DNA of 64,000 bases, taken from contig JANJGN010000100.1 in the NCBI GenBank assembly GCA_026770705.1, positions 1,674,001 to 1,738,000 of the forward strand, written 5' to 3'. The DNA is from Isurus oxyrinchus (lineage: Eukaryota). The notes below the pieces were generated by a model. It was not told the DNA's origin. It ran no database searches and worked only from the letters and a program-made list of their open reading frames with translations. A program made the position numbers and the translations under genes. Positions 49,364 through 62,759 of this stretch are shown one piece after another (the first letter of the stretch is position 1; the number at the start of each line of letters is the position of its first letter).

Positions 49364-50664
49364 GTTGGAATCACATCTCGGGGTCAAATCTGACATCAAG
49401 TGTGCAAAAAGTCTGGTTTAGATTCAGACAGTTGTGAGGAAGAGGAATGGAGCTGGTCGCTCGGGGATGAAAACAATGGCTTCAGTCTTCCCAGTACTTA
49501 ATTGGAGGCAATTTCTGCACATTCACCATTGGATATCAGACAACAGTCTGATAATTTAACAAAAGTGTAGAGAGGTGGTGGTGAGGTAGCGCTGGGCACT
49601 GTCAGTGTACACTTGATAACTGACAATGTGTCTTCAGATGATGAAGTTGTGGGGAACATGTTGATGAGAAATAAGAGGAGGCCAAGGCTGGATCCTCTGG
49701 GGGACACCAGAGGGAACTGTGGGAGTGGGAAGGGAAGACATTCCAAGTGAATCTCTAGCTATGATTAGATAGAGAAGAATGGAACCAGGAGAGATTGAGG
49801 CCGAAATGAGATGAGACATGGTTGTATTGAATGGCGGGGCAGGCTGGAGGGGCTGAATTGCCTACTCGTGCTCCTAGTTCTTATTTTCTTATGTAAGGTA
49901 CATAACAGGCTGATGATAACAGTGCCTGTTTTAAACAGTGAAAGACAATGAAGGATTGGCACTGATAAAAGTGTCCTTCAACTAGCCTGGTTCCAAAATC
50001 TCATTCGAGAAATGACAAGAAAACACATTGAATTTGCTCTATGTCTTGACTTCAAATGAACAGGATACAAGGTAAGAAAATATATTTAACTGGATTGGGT
50101 AATGAAATGGCAGAATGAGCTTGAAAAAACAACCATGCTGTTGGGAAATATAAAATTATAGGAAGTTGTACTTCTCGGTTTGGTGTGCTGCTTTGAAATA
50201 GTGGCTGTGATTGTTTGATCAGGAGTGATATTTCTGCCGGTTTGAACATCAAGCAGAAAAACTTATCCTTTTATCCCCCACATTTAGCCTCGCAGCATCA
50301 TCCCTTTAGTCAGTTTATTCCTTGTGCCTTGCATCTTATCACTGTCCATCAGTAACAGAAACGGAATGAGGACAACTGCAATTATTGTGGCAACAATCTG
50401 AAACTTCAGCTTGTTATACCAGCTTTAGGTATCTTGCAACTCACCTTGGTACATGTTTCCGTGGTGTAATTAGTTACTACATGTAACAATTGTATGAGAG
50501 GTCGGTAGATGGAGAACAGTCAAATATTTTCTCTTTTTCCCCCCTTGGATATTGACTGCTGCACAGTTCCAGGCTTTTTATGTGTCTTTTCGCTACCAGA
50601 AAATATTCCCTAAAATTTGCTAATGCTGCTGTTATCCATTAACTCTTCAACTAAACAATACCTT

Positions 50665-50954
50665 GGGTGGGGAAGTGGGACTGGTTGCACAGCTCTTGCA
50701 GACACAGTGGGTCAAACCATCTCCTCCTGTGTGGGGAAAGGGTGTGGATGTGGGACTGGTTGCACAGCTCTTGCAGACACAGTGGGTCAAACCATCTCCT
50801 CCTGTGTGGGGAAAGGGTGTGGATGTGGGACTGGTTTCACAGCTCTTACAGTCACACTGGGTCAAACCGCCTTCTGTTTTGGGGAAAGGGTGGGGAAGTG
50901 GGACTGGTTGCACTGCCCTTGTAGGCACAGTGGATCAAACCATCTCCTCCTGTG
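50665..50954 (+). repeat. 75-bp tandem repeat (~3.8 copies)
   Basis: Unit gtgggactggttgcacagctcttgcagacacagtgggtcaaaccatctcctcctgtgtggggaaagggtgtggat. Confidence 0.92.
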
Positions 50955-51957
50955 TTGTACTTTCCTGTGACTCCGCAATTTGACTCACTTCTGAAAAATG
51001 GATCAGACCATTTCAGAAAGTTAGAGTCAATTCACTATTAAGCTCTCATCTCACTTTCATCCTTCATTCACTTTCAGCTGCCGAGGCTCCAAGTGATAGA
51101 ATTCACTCCCTCAAACTCTCCACCTCTCTCCACTCTCTCTCCATTCCTTTAAGATGCTCCTCAAAACTTACTCCTTTTACCATGTTCCTGGCCATCCATC
51201 CTAATATCTCCTTCTGGGTGGGTCACGATCAAACTTTGGGAATGCTTCCTGTGAAGTGCTTTGCGGTGTTTTATTGGATTAAATGTTAATCAGTGAAAAT
51301 TGTTGTTGTTCAGCTCCACACAGTAGGATTGGAGCTGAGGGGACAGAAAGGATCCAGCTCAGTCAGTGGCATTCTGCCTCGTGTGTGGAAGTACAGCTCG
51401 GGAGAAATACTTGAACATTTGGGCTCTATTCCTGAGCTGGATGAGTTGTTTTCTCCCTGGAGACTATGAAATGTATTAGCAGAGTCAATGATTGAAGCAG
51501 AGACCAGGTCAACATAGAAGAACATGTTAAAAAGGTGATGGGAAGACACGGAGAGAAAGAGCGTGGCGGATTGGCGGGTCTGTGAGATTAGGACTAATTC
51601 TGTTGGGGAATCTAAACATAGACTTGATGGAGGTGACAGTCTGTTTCTGTTTGGTAATATTTCTGAAACTTTTGGATTGCAAAAATGCATCAATGGATAA
51701 ATGGCAGCATGAAATATTGGGTACAGTAGATGAAGATTCACTAATAAATTAACCTCCCAGTATTGTGAGAACCCATTTATTATTCACATGGATTGGGACA
51801 GACTTTGGTAAACTGAGATATCATGGGAATGTGTTAATTATTAATATCATCTCTGGTGATTCCAGGTTAAATTACCACCAGGAAATCAGTTACTTAATGC
51901 ATATTTTTCTTATTCTTATTCAATTTATTTTACTTACCTTATTTATTGTTATTTATC

Positions 51958-52160
51958 AGTCACATGTAGGCCAGACCAGGTGAGGATGGCAATTTTCCTT
52001 CCCCAAACGACATGAGTAATCAGATGTGTTTTTACGAAAACTGATGTTAGTCTCATTGCTTGTGATTGCAGATTTATTAATTGAATTTAAATTCCACCAG
52101 CTGCCATGGTGGGATTTGAACCTGTGTCCTCAGAGCATGAGCCTGGGCTTCTGGGGCTAC
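51958..52160 (-). mobile_element. HE1-type SINE, partial
   Basis: Reverse complement of ggttcaaatcccaccatggcagctggtggaattt...ggaaggaaa..gccatcctcacctggtctggcctacatgtgact. Confidence 0.7.
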
Positions 52161-53220
52161 TCGGACGGATTTAGAAAGACAGCTCATCCTGAAAACTTTG
52201 CATTCAAAATAAGAAATCGAACACGAGGTGGTTATTGCACCAATCATTATAAAACAGACCGGCAGTTAACTTTACAAATGTGCATACAATATTGGAGCCA
52301 GTGTCCTTAAGTTATACATCAAACATCAAACAACAAATGTCACAATGTGTTACTCATACAAATTCTTAAAAAAAAATCCAACTACTGACCTGGAGCCTGA
52401 TATTTACAAACAGTTACAACTATCATCTTAGTTGGATTTCTCCATTTAGAGCAGCGATCTTCAACTCAGAGGCCAGTTTAACAGTTAAATGTTACAAATG
52501 TGCCACAGCCTTCAGAGCACACGTGCGCAATAATTAAGAATATCCAGTGAAGATGGGATAGAAGTCACTTCCATTTAATAAAATGTCTTCCTTTGGATTG
52601 TATGAAGTCTGCTTAGCACAAAAAAACTCCTAACTCTGAAAGGCGGTGAATATAAAGTTCGAGGTTGCTGATTGAAATTTGATTGCTTTCTTTGCTCAGC
52701 TGGAGTCTTCAAAAGATGGGTTGGAAAACACAGGTGGAGCAGCTCACACAGGTTAATAAATCAATTAAATAGCAGTGTATTGTATCAGCACATGAATAAA
52801 TATCATGTCTCAGTACCTTTTAAGTAACATTTTGCTTTCATTTCTCCTCTTAATATATTTGAGCCAAGTTTAATTATTGGCTCTGAAAGGTTGTATCATA
52901 ATTACAACACTGTGGGTGTACCTACACCACATGGACTGCAGCCGTTCAAGAAGGCAGCTCACTACCACCTTCTCAAGGGCAGTAGGGATTGGTAATAAAT
53001 GCTGTCTCACACTCTGTGCATGGATACACAAAACTGAAAAACGACTAATCACAAATTGAAAACATGGCTGGGATCAAATGAAATACAGATCTGTAAAAAT
53101 AATAATTGCAGAAGATGAATCTTGAAATTTAAAAGTAAAAAAAAACAAAGCTGGAAATATTCATCAGCATAAGCAGCTGGGGGGTGCATGATTCATCAGA
53201 ACTGCCCTGTCCAGTTCCCA

Positions 53221-53518
53221 ACAATGTATCAACATGAAGTAGAAAACTCTCTTCTCCCTGCTCCCACTGCCCCTCACTGAGCCTGAACTGGGTACAATGT
53301 ATCAACATGAAGTAGAAAACTCTCTTCTCCCTGCTCCCACTGCCCCTCACTGAGCCTGAACTGGGTACAATGTATCAACATGAAGTAGAAAACTCTCTTC
53401 TCCCTGCTCCCACTGCCGCTCACTGAGTCTGAACTGGGTACAATGTATCAACATGAAGTAGAAAACTCTCTTCTCCCTGCTCCCACTGCCGCTCACTGAG
53501 TCTGAACTGGATACAATG
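53221..53518 (+). repeat. 73-bp tandem repeat (4 copies)
   Basis: Unit acaatgtatcaacatgaagtagaaaactctcttctccctgctcccactgcc(c/g)ctcactgag(c/t)ctgaactgggt. Confidence 0.95.
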
Positions 53519-53705
53519 CACAAGGACACAATACTGTGCCCAGAGCTTTTTAAAATTATTATTTATAAACAACGTTCAAAGTAGTGTTACTATTAGTTAT
53601 GTTAGAGTGTGTTAACACAACCGTTTAAACTACCCCCTGGGGAGCTTGGACACGTGCTCCCAGCAGACAGGGCATCATTTCACTTCACAAGGTATCATAG
53701 GGAGG

Positions 53706-53885
53706 ATTAGCATATTCCCATCCCATAAGCCTTTCCTTCTCATTTCAACATTCTGTCTGATAAATAATATTTTAATTTACTGATATAATTTTAGAAAATA
53801 AGTTACATCTGATAAACTCAATCCCAGGCGAGAGTGTGCAATGCGCTGAAATCAATTCATTTTGCTCACCACAAGTGTGAATAGT
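53706..53885 (+). promoter_or_regulatory. snRNA promoter: DSE (octamer-like plus SPH-like) and PSE
   Basis: ATTAGCAT at about -221 with adjacent TTCCCA; TCACCACAAGTGTGAATAG at about -61 relative to U4. Confidence 0.6.
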
Positions 53886-53926
53886 TTGTGTTTGCTAGAC
53901 CACCGCTTGTCTAGGGAGACTCCATT

Positions 53927-54070
53927 AACTTTGCGCAGTGGCAGTATTGTAGCTAATGAGGTTTAACTGAGGTGTGATTATTGCTTATTGAAAACTTTTC
54001 CCAATATCCTGCTACGGTGACTTACAACAAAGTTGCTATTAGCAATTTTTGATAGTCTTTTTGGAGACTG
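53927..54070 (+). ncRNA. RNU4: U4 spliceosomal snRNA (variant or pseudogene)
   Basis: aactttgcgcagtggcagtat...tgaggtt...attattgc..attgaaaacttttcccaata...Sm site AATTTTTG (54044-54051)...ggagactg matches vertebrate U4, with many C>T changes. A 3'-box-like gtgaaaaaatag follows. Confidence 0.92.
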
Positions 54071-56004
54071 TTTACCTATGTGAAAAAATAGTAAAATAAT
54101 CCCAGAGTTTTCTGTTAATGTTCAGCAGGCAAAGCAGCATCTGTGAAGAGCTGAGCTTTTCAGCATTTAATGGTTGTGTTGATTGAACTCTGTCAGTGCT
54201 GGGGTTGCTAATGCTGTTTAGACATTTTCATGAAATTGATTCGATAACACTTGTATTACTAAATATTTTCTTACCACTTACACATTGCTGCATTTACCTG
54301 ATTGAGGATTCAGCGGGAGTGTTGCTACTTTCATTGATTTATGAATCTGTCCCCCTGCTGCCATTTAGCTTCTAATGAGAAAACAATTACGTCTCCCATG
54401 TACGTACATCTAACCCATTAGAAACCTAGAAAGTTATTGGATTCAAACAAACCCATCAACTATTTGCTCTTCCTCAGCCCAGCAGCGAGTGAGACAGGGA
54501 AAAGTAGAAAGCAGCAATTATTTGCTCTCCAACAGCCAGCAGGGGAAAGTGGCAATTGCTGTTTCAATCAGCGGGTTACTGGCCATCTCTGGGAAGTAGA
54601 AACTGCAACAGGGGCCAAATCTCCCACAAGCACGGGCTTAGGAAATCGCAGGTAGATGATATCCCATTCACAAAACCTCCAAGCAGGATTTACAGAATGC
54701 AAGAGTGAGTTAGTCACATATAAAAGTTACATGCCACTTTCTAAATCTTTTCATTGAATGTGTTAATTTCATCTTAAGTTCTGCTTGTGGGAAATTGGCT
54801 GAAAGAGAGGTTGGGAAATAACAGCTTGAAATCACAGTCCTCTCTCTCATTACAATACTGAGCCTTCCAACGTGCAGGCATTTGGGGGAAATGATGAGTT
54901 TGAAGTTTCAGATTAGCTCCCTCTTTATATAATTAGATGGATCTAGAAGCACTGGAGAAGGTGTAAGAAAGGTTTACTGGAATTATGCTAAAATTGGAAA
55001 TTTATCTCATTCAAAAGAGATTGAACAGGTTAAAAAGGTTTTCTGTGGAGAAAAGTGTGAGGGATGACCTCAGCAAAGCCATTAATTTTAGAAAAAGATT
55101 TGGAAGATGTATCCACTTGTGGATAGACAAGAATCAACATAAATTAGTCACCAATAAATCCAATGTCCAATTCAGAGGCAACGTCTTTAACCAGAGATGT
55201 AAACAGAAAATGATGTAAATACTCAGCATATCTGGGAATTTCTGTGGATTGAGAACCAGAGTTATGTTTTCAGGCCTGTGCACTGATTCAATACAGTTCT
55301 GCTGAAAAGTCACAGACCTGATATGAAAATTATGTTTCTCTCTCCACAGGTGCTACCAGAGCTGTTTTAGTTCCAAAATATTGTGCTTTATTTCAGAGTT
55401 ATAGCATCGCATTTCTCCTCTCTTTTTGAGTTGAATGTAGAACTCATTGCCAGAAGGATTAGAGATCCAAATCTGAGCTGGACAATCCTAGGTTCACATG
55501 ATTAAAACATCATTCACCATCTGAATGTGGAAATGGATTCCCTCAATCACCTCATTCGTTGATACAGCAGCAGTCACATCTGATGGAGAAAACTTTGCGA
55601 AGGGATTTCCTCAGTTTGGCCACCTGTTAACAATCCAGCTTTAAAAGTTCAAAGGAATTAAGTCGCAACAGTCACGTTCTGAATGACAAGCAGAGTTTAA
55701 ATGCCCGGCATATGGAAGGAAAAACAACTTCTTCACCCAGACTGCTGAGAATCCAGTGAATTCACCTCGAACTGTTGGGGCTTGTTCTATTGTTAATTAC
55801 ACCCAGGACAGAAGTATGGTGGAAACCCGTGTACTTTGACTGTTCTATTAATCGAATTAATAATTTTAAATTTTCTCTCCAAGCGTTCGATCACCATTGA
55901 AACATGAAACATAGTTTTACATGCAAGAATATCACTCTCCAATGGCGGACCTTTCACCCAGCATTCAGAGCGGGACAGAAGGTGTCCTATCCAGGACGCC
56001 ATTG

Positions 56005-56335
56005 CCTTGCGCATGCGTATAGCTAAGTGTGATTGGCATCTGCGCAGTGCGGTCTCCTATCCGAGCATGCGCAGTGCTGCTCTGTGAGCGGAGCCGGAGA
56101 GCTGGTGAGAAAATGGTGACTGCGGTAGAATAACAGATTTAGTGGGTGGGCGGGAGGAATGGAGTCAGTGAAGTGGGCAGGGAGGCTTCAGAAACACTCG
56201 GTGCAGGGCGCACACCCTTAATATGAAATTACCAGTCCCGCGTTTGCAGCGAACAGACCGGAAATGGCTGGGACTCTCCCTCTGCCAGGCCCGGGGCAGC
56301 GGCTGTGCAGCAGCGCGCATGCGCGGTCATCCTGG
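56005..56335 (+). promoter_or_regulatory. Second copy of the NRF1-motif promoter cassette
   Basis: tgcgcatgcg, gcatgcgcag and gcgcgcatgcgc; paralogous to 37600-37950 but lacking the YY1 segment. Confidence 0.65.
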
Positions 56336-56989
56336 TCCAGGTAGCAGGAGGAGAGAATGTTGTGCATTTCTATCCTGGACTGACAGGGATGGGGTTTGGA
56401 AACTCCTTTTACAGGGGGTTAGAAGGGGAGGATTTACACACAGCAAACTCAAACCAAGAGGAAAGTTTGTCTCTTCGCAACTTGTATACTGGACTGACAG
56501 TGATGAGTATTTTTATAATCTCCTTTTTACAGGATGTTGAATGGGAAGGATTTGCAGACGGAAAACTCAAACCAACATCACATCAAGACCTGACAGAGTC
56601 ATTCGATTCATCAGGACCTGAATATTGTCAGCCTCTGAGCGTAAGCATTGAGTTCCACTCAATCACTCATTGGGTAATTTTTTTTGCCTCACAGGCCCTC
56701 TGTATATATTGCCTCAAATCTTAAATCTATGTCCGAAATCCTTTTATGATCAACTAATGTGAACATCTTTATCTTATCTCAACCTTTCATAAACTTGTAC
56801 ACCTCCATAAAATCTCCCCTCAATCCGCTTTGCTCCAAGATGAACATCCCCAGTTTCTCCAAACTAACCTTACAACTAAAATCCCTCATCCCTTACCCAT
56901 TTTGGCAAATATTATCTGCACCCTCTCACATTCTTCATAATGTGTGGTGATCACTGGTCTGCACAGACCCAGATGTTATGTGTTTGTGT

Positions 56990-57092
56990 CTGTGACGTCA
57001 TCACACATTGATAATTACACTGTGACATCATCACACATCGACAATTACACCGTGACATCATCACACATCGACAATTACACGGTGACATCATC
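56990..57092 (+). repeat. 30-bp tandem repeat (~3.3 copies)
   Basis: Same unit as 38612, with one extra copy. The first unit has a perfect TGACGTCA. Confidence 0.9.
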
Positions 57093-57649
57093 CCGCTCCC
57101 GAACTGGGAGATTTTTCTCTGACTCCGGTGCCTCTGATATCTTTCCAGCTGCAGGCTCCAGCAGGAGATTTTAAATTTAAAATCTGTAATTGTTTCAGAG
57201 TTGAGGATATTTGACTATTCATCAACAGTTTAGATCTTTTAGTGCTGTACTCTGTTATCTATGAGAGTTTTTATGGCTCTGGGGCTGGTGTGACTCCTTT
57301 ACTGTGGATCTGAATCCATGTCCATCTATTGCTCTGTTTCATCCTCTGCCCTTCCTGATCACCTCTCTGCCATTGTCTAACTTTCTCTATCTCTAATAAT
57401 GGGTGTATTTTAAACCATGTTTAGGATTTTAATATTTCTTCTGCCAACTGTGTCGAAATGAGGTTTCCACTGCTGTCCGTCCCCCGACCATGTGCTGCTG
57501 GCTCACCAGCTTTATCTTCCCACAGTATCTTTCAGGAATCGTTTTCCCTGCGCTATAGTCCATTTCTCTTCTGCTTTAGCGCCTATGTTGTCATCAAATT
57601 CTGCCCATCCTGAAATGGTAATTAATTAATTCTATTGTGTAATGGAACG

Positions 57650-58400
57650 TACCAAGGTGTTTCACAGGAGTGTTAGAAAGCAACATTTGACACAGAGCCA
57701 CATGGACAAAAGTTTACTCAAAGAGGTAGGCTTTATGGATTATCTTAAGGGAGGAAAGTGAGGTGGAGAGGTTTAGCGGGGAAATTACAGAGCTTGTGGC
57801 CTTGGCAGCTGCTGGAGGAGACCCAAAGGTGGTGCAGTTAAAATCAGGAATGTTGAGCAGGTCGGAATTAGAGAACTGTAGGTACCTCGGAGGGTTGTGA
57901 GGATGGAGGAGATTACAGAGGTAGGGAGGGAGAGACCATGGAGAGATTTGAAAAGAAGGATGAGAAATTTAAAATTGAGGTTCTCCTTAACCCAGAGGCT
58001 TTGTAAGTCGGTGAATACAGGGGTGATGGATGAACAAGACTTGGTGCGAGGAAGCAGAGTTTTGGATTACATGGAGGCTGAATGTGGGAGGCCAGCCGGG
58101 AGTGTGTTTGGAGAGTTAAGTCTAGACAGCACAAAGGAATGGATGACAGGTTGAGCAGTTACATAAAGGGATATGTGGATAGTGTGGGAAAAGATTTCGA
58201 ACAGATTGAATGGTGGAGCAGAATGGGCTGAATGGCCTACTCCTGCTCCTATGTTCCTATGCACAGTCTGGTTCAGCCACACACAGTTGTCAGTAAGAGG
58301 GATGGAGCCGGTGGTCAGGGAGTGGAATTTGTAGTGGGGACTGAAGACAATGGCTTCAGTCTTCCCAATATTTAAACAGAGGAAATTTCTGTTGATCCAG
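57650..58400 (-). mobile_element. L2-like LINE fragments with an embedded CR1-type tail
   Basis: Minus-strand peptide IHSFVLSRLNSPNTLPAGLP is L2 ORF2-like. gggctgaatggcctactcctgctcct at ~58225. Confidence 0.6.
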
Positions 58401-58469
58401 ACAAGTCAGGATGGTTTGTGACTTGGAAGGGATCTTGGAGATGATGGTGTTCACATCCACCTGCAAGTA

Positions 58470-59235
58470 GAGCTGGATAGAGGGCCAGTGATAGGTGGAG
58501 ATAACCAAAAGATGTCACAGACCAAAGGACAAAGAGGTGCTGAAGGTGGTGATATTATCTAAGGAATGTGCTAATTAAGGGTAGAAAGCAGGACAAGCCA
58601 GGTACAGATAGCCCTAGTGAGGGTGGGGTGAAGGAATCAAAAAAGGCTAAAAGGCAGAGATAAAATAATGGATGGAAATGTATTTAAAAATAATGGAAAT
58701 AGGTGGGAAAAGAAGACTCTATATAAATTATTGGAAAAAAAGGGGGGGAAATCAGAAAGGGGGTGGGGATGGAGGAGAGAGCTCATGATCTAAAATTGTT
58801 GAACTCAATATTCAGTCTGGTAGACTGTAAAGTGCCTAGTCGGATACCATTCCTTCAGTTTGCGTTGAGCTTCACTGGAACAATGCAACAAGCCAAGGAT
58901 GGACGTGTGGGCATAAGAGCAGGATGGAGTGTTGAAATGGCAAGCGACAGGGAGGTCTGGGTAATGCTTGTGGACAGACCGAAGGTGTTCTGCAAAGCGG
59001 TCACCCAGTCTGCGTTTGGTCTCTGCAATGTAGAGGAAACTGCATTGGGAGCAACGAATGCAGTAGACTAAATTGAGGGAAGTGCAAGTGAAATGCTGCT
59101 TCACTTGAAAGGAGTGTTTGGGCCCTTGGAAGGTGAGGAGAGAGGACGTAAAGGGGCAGGTGTTGCACCTTATGCGGTTGCATGGGAAGGTGCCGTGGGA
59201 GGGGATTGAGGTGTAGGGGGTGATGGAGGAGTGGA
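58470..59235 (-). mobile_element. Penelope-like element 3' fragment (GIY-YIG)
   Basis: GTFPCNRIRCNTCPF..FQGPKHSFQVKQHFTCTSLNLVYCIRCSQCSFLYIAETKRRLGDRFAEHL. Confidence 0.88.
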
Positions 59236-60119
59236 CCAAGGTGTCACGGAGGGTCTACCTCGCCACCATCCTTTTCCATTCCTCCACTGTTAGGAAATTA
59301 TCCAACTGCTTATCCCACACCCAGTACTGGATGAGCAGAAAATTCCTCCAATTTAAAATTGGAGACAAAAGCCATTGTCTTCAATCACTACTACAAATTC
59401 CATCCTGTAACTACTGAGACCATCCCAATGAATTATCATAGGGGTACATTGTCCGATGTTTATCAAGTCAGGAATCTTTCTTCCTAAACAAGGGAGAGAG
59501 AGAAAGAGCTATTTCTGTTATGTTGAATAAATTTCTGAAGATTTTATAAGGTTAATTAGGCAGTGATTTCTCACAGATCTCCCCAGTTTGAGAAGGGAAT
59601 AACCTTATTGACTTCTCACAACTGATTTCTGACTAACATCACTATTTCTAAGCTACGAGCTTGTTTTCCTAATTTCTTGATAACAAACCATAGATAACGT
59701 GCTAAACCTACTAGAATGATCAGAATCAGCAACACCAACACTTGAGCTGCTACCAAGAATAAATGTCAAAACTTTTCCACTAAGATGTGATAACTATCGA
59801 CTTACATTCATCCTCCCCACCTGTCCATCATCTCACACAATCTAAATTATAGACATGTCGTAAATACATCTGGTTCAAAAGTTCATGCACGGACTTTAAA
59901 GATTCTCTACCTCTGTGTTCACCTTCATCCACCTTGTGGATGTTTTCTAAATCCAGCCTCTATTCCCCTCTTCAAATTAATTTGGTTCACTTTGTTAGAT
60001 TCAATGTGTTTAATTCTTTCCTAAATGTTTGAGAGACAACTTTTCTGTGGAATATGTATTAATGTCTTGATAATTTAAAACGTTGTTTTATTCAACTGGC
60101 CACACTAATCACTCATGTT

Positions 60120-60465
60120 ATTTTTTTTTATTCATTCATGGGATATGGGCTTCACTGGCTGGGCCAGCATTTGTTGCCCATCCCTAGTTGCCTTTGGGAA
60201 GGTGGTGATGAGCGGCCTTCTTGAACCGCTGCAGTCCATGTCGTGTAGGTACACCCACAGTGCTGTTAGGAAGGGAGTTCCAGGATTTTGACCCAACGAC
60301 TGAAGGAATGGCAATATATTTCCATATCAGGATGGTGAGTGACTTGGAGGGGAATTTCCAGGTGGTGGTGTTCCCAGCTGTCTGCTGCCCTTGTCCTTCT
60401 AGATGGTAGTGATCATGGGTTTGGATGGTGCTGTTGAAGGAGCCTTGGTGAATTCTTGCAGTGCC
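60120..60465 (-). mobile_element. HER1/CR1-like LINE 3' fragment with A-tail
   Basis: Reverse complement of the 8064-8567 type; T-run at 60122-60129. Confidence 0.78.
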
Positions 60466-60469
60466 TGTC

Positions 60470-61460
60470 ATCAAACCCCATCTCCTCTCATCCATTTTCC
60501 AGCACTTGGCCCGTAGCCCTGTTAGCTGTGGTATTTCAAGTGTTCATCTAAATACTTCTTAAATGTTGTGAGAGTTCCTGCCTCTACCACTCCCTCAGGT
60601 ACTGAGTTCAACATTTCACCTGGGCCTGGGGATTTATCCACTTTTAAGGCCGTCATTAGAGACTGAGTCTCAGTTAATCATCGTCTGAATCTGGGGAAGG
60701 GAGGGGGAGATTCTGTTAGCAAATGGATTGAAAAATAAGAAATACCAAGTTCCAGCTCGTACCATTCGCACCTTATGATAACAGAGTTATGGGATAATCT
60801 TGAGGATGGATGGAGTTGTATAAGAGGCATTTCAGGGAAGGTTCACTCGGTTGATTCCTGGGATGAAAGTGTTGTCTTTTTTTAAAATTCATTCACGGGA
60901 TGTAGGCTTTGCAGGCAGGTTCCAGATAGCCCCCACCCTCTGGGTGAAACGAAAATCCTCAAATCCCCTCTAAACCTTCTGCCCCTTACCTTAAATCTAT
61001 GGCCCCTGAGTATTGACCCCTCCACTAAAGAGAAACATTTCTTCCTATCCACCCTATCTATGCCCTTCATAATTTTGTGCACCACCATCAGGTCCCGACT
61101 CAGCTTTCTCTGCTCTGAGGAAAACAACCCCAGCCTATCTAGAACAAAAATAAAAGTACCTGGAAAAACTCAGCACGTCTGGCAGCATCTGCGGAGAGGA
61201 ACACATTTAACATTTCGAGTCCGTATGACTCTTCAACAGAACTAAGTAGCCTATCTAGTCTCTCTTCATAGCTGAAATGCTCCAGCCCAGTCAACATCCT
61301 GAGTGAATCTCCTCTGCACCCTCTCCAGTGCAATCACATCCTTCCTATAGTGTGGCAAACAGCACTGCACAGAGTACTCCAAATGTGGCCTACCTAATGC
61401 TTTATACTGCTCCATCATAATGTCCCTGCTCTTGCATTCAATGCCTCAACTAATATGTCG
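60470..61460 (-). mobile_element. CR1-type LINE fragments
   Basis: KIMKGIDRVDRKKCFSLVEGS.LRGHRFKVRG and LEHFSYEERLDRL. Confidence 0.75.
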
Positions 61461-61469
61461 ACAATGTTT

Positions 61470-62757
<1,288 letters not shown>

Positions 62758-62759
62758 CC

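Noticed and set aside
50454-50525. Possible tRNA-Val at gtttccgtggtgtaattagtta
   Set aside because: Only the 5' ~25 nt resemble a tRNA; there is no B box or cloverleaf.
50617-50983. Cys/Gly-rich repetitive ORFs (keratin-associated-like)
   Set aside because: They are a by-product of a 75-bp in-frame minisatellite that is open in several frames on both strands.
47128-53518. Regular 24-, 21-, 69-, 75- and 73-bp repeats as CRISPR-like arrays
   Set aside because: They are head-to-tail units without unique spacers, there are no cas genes, and the context is eukaryotic.
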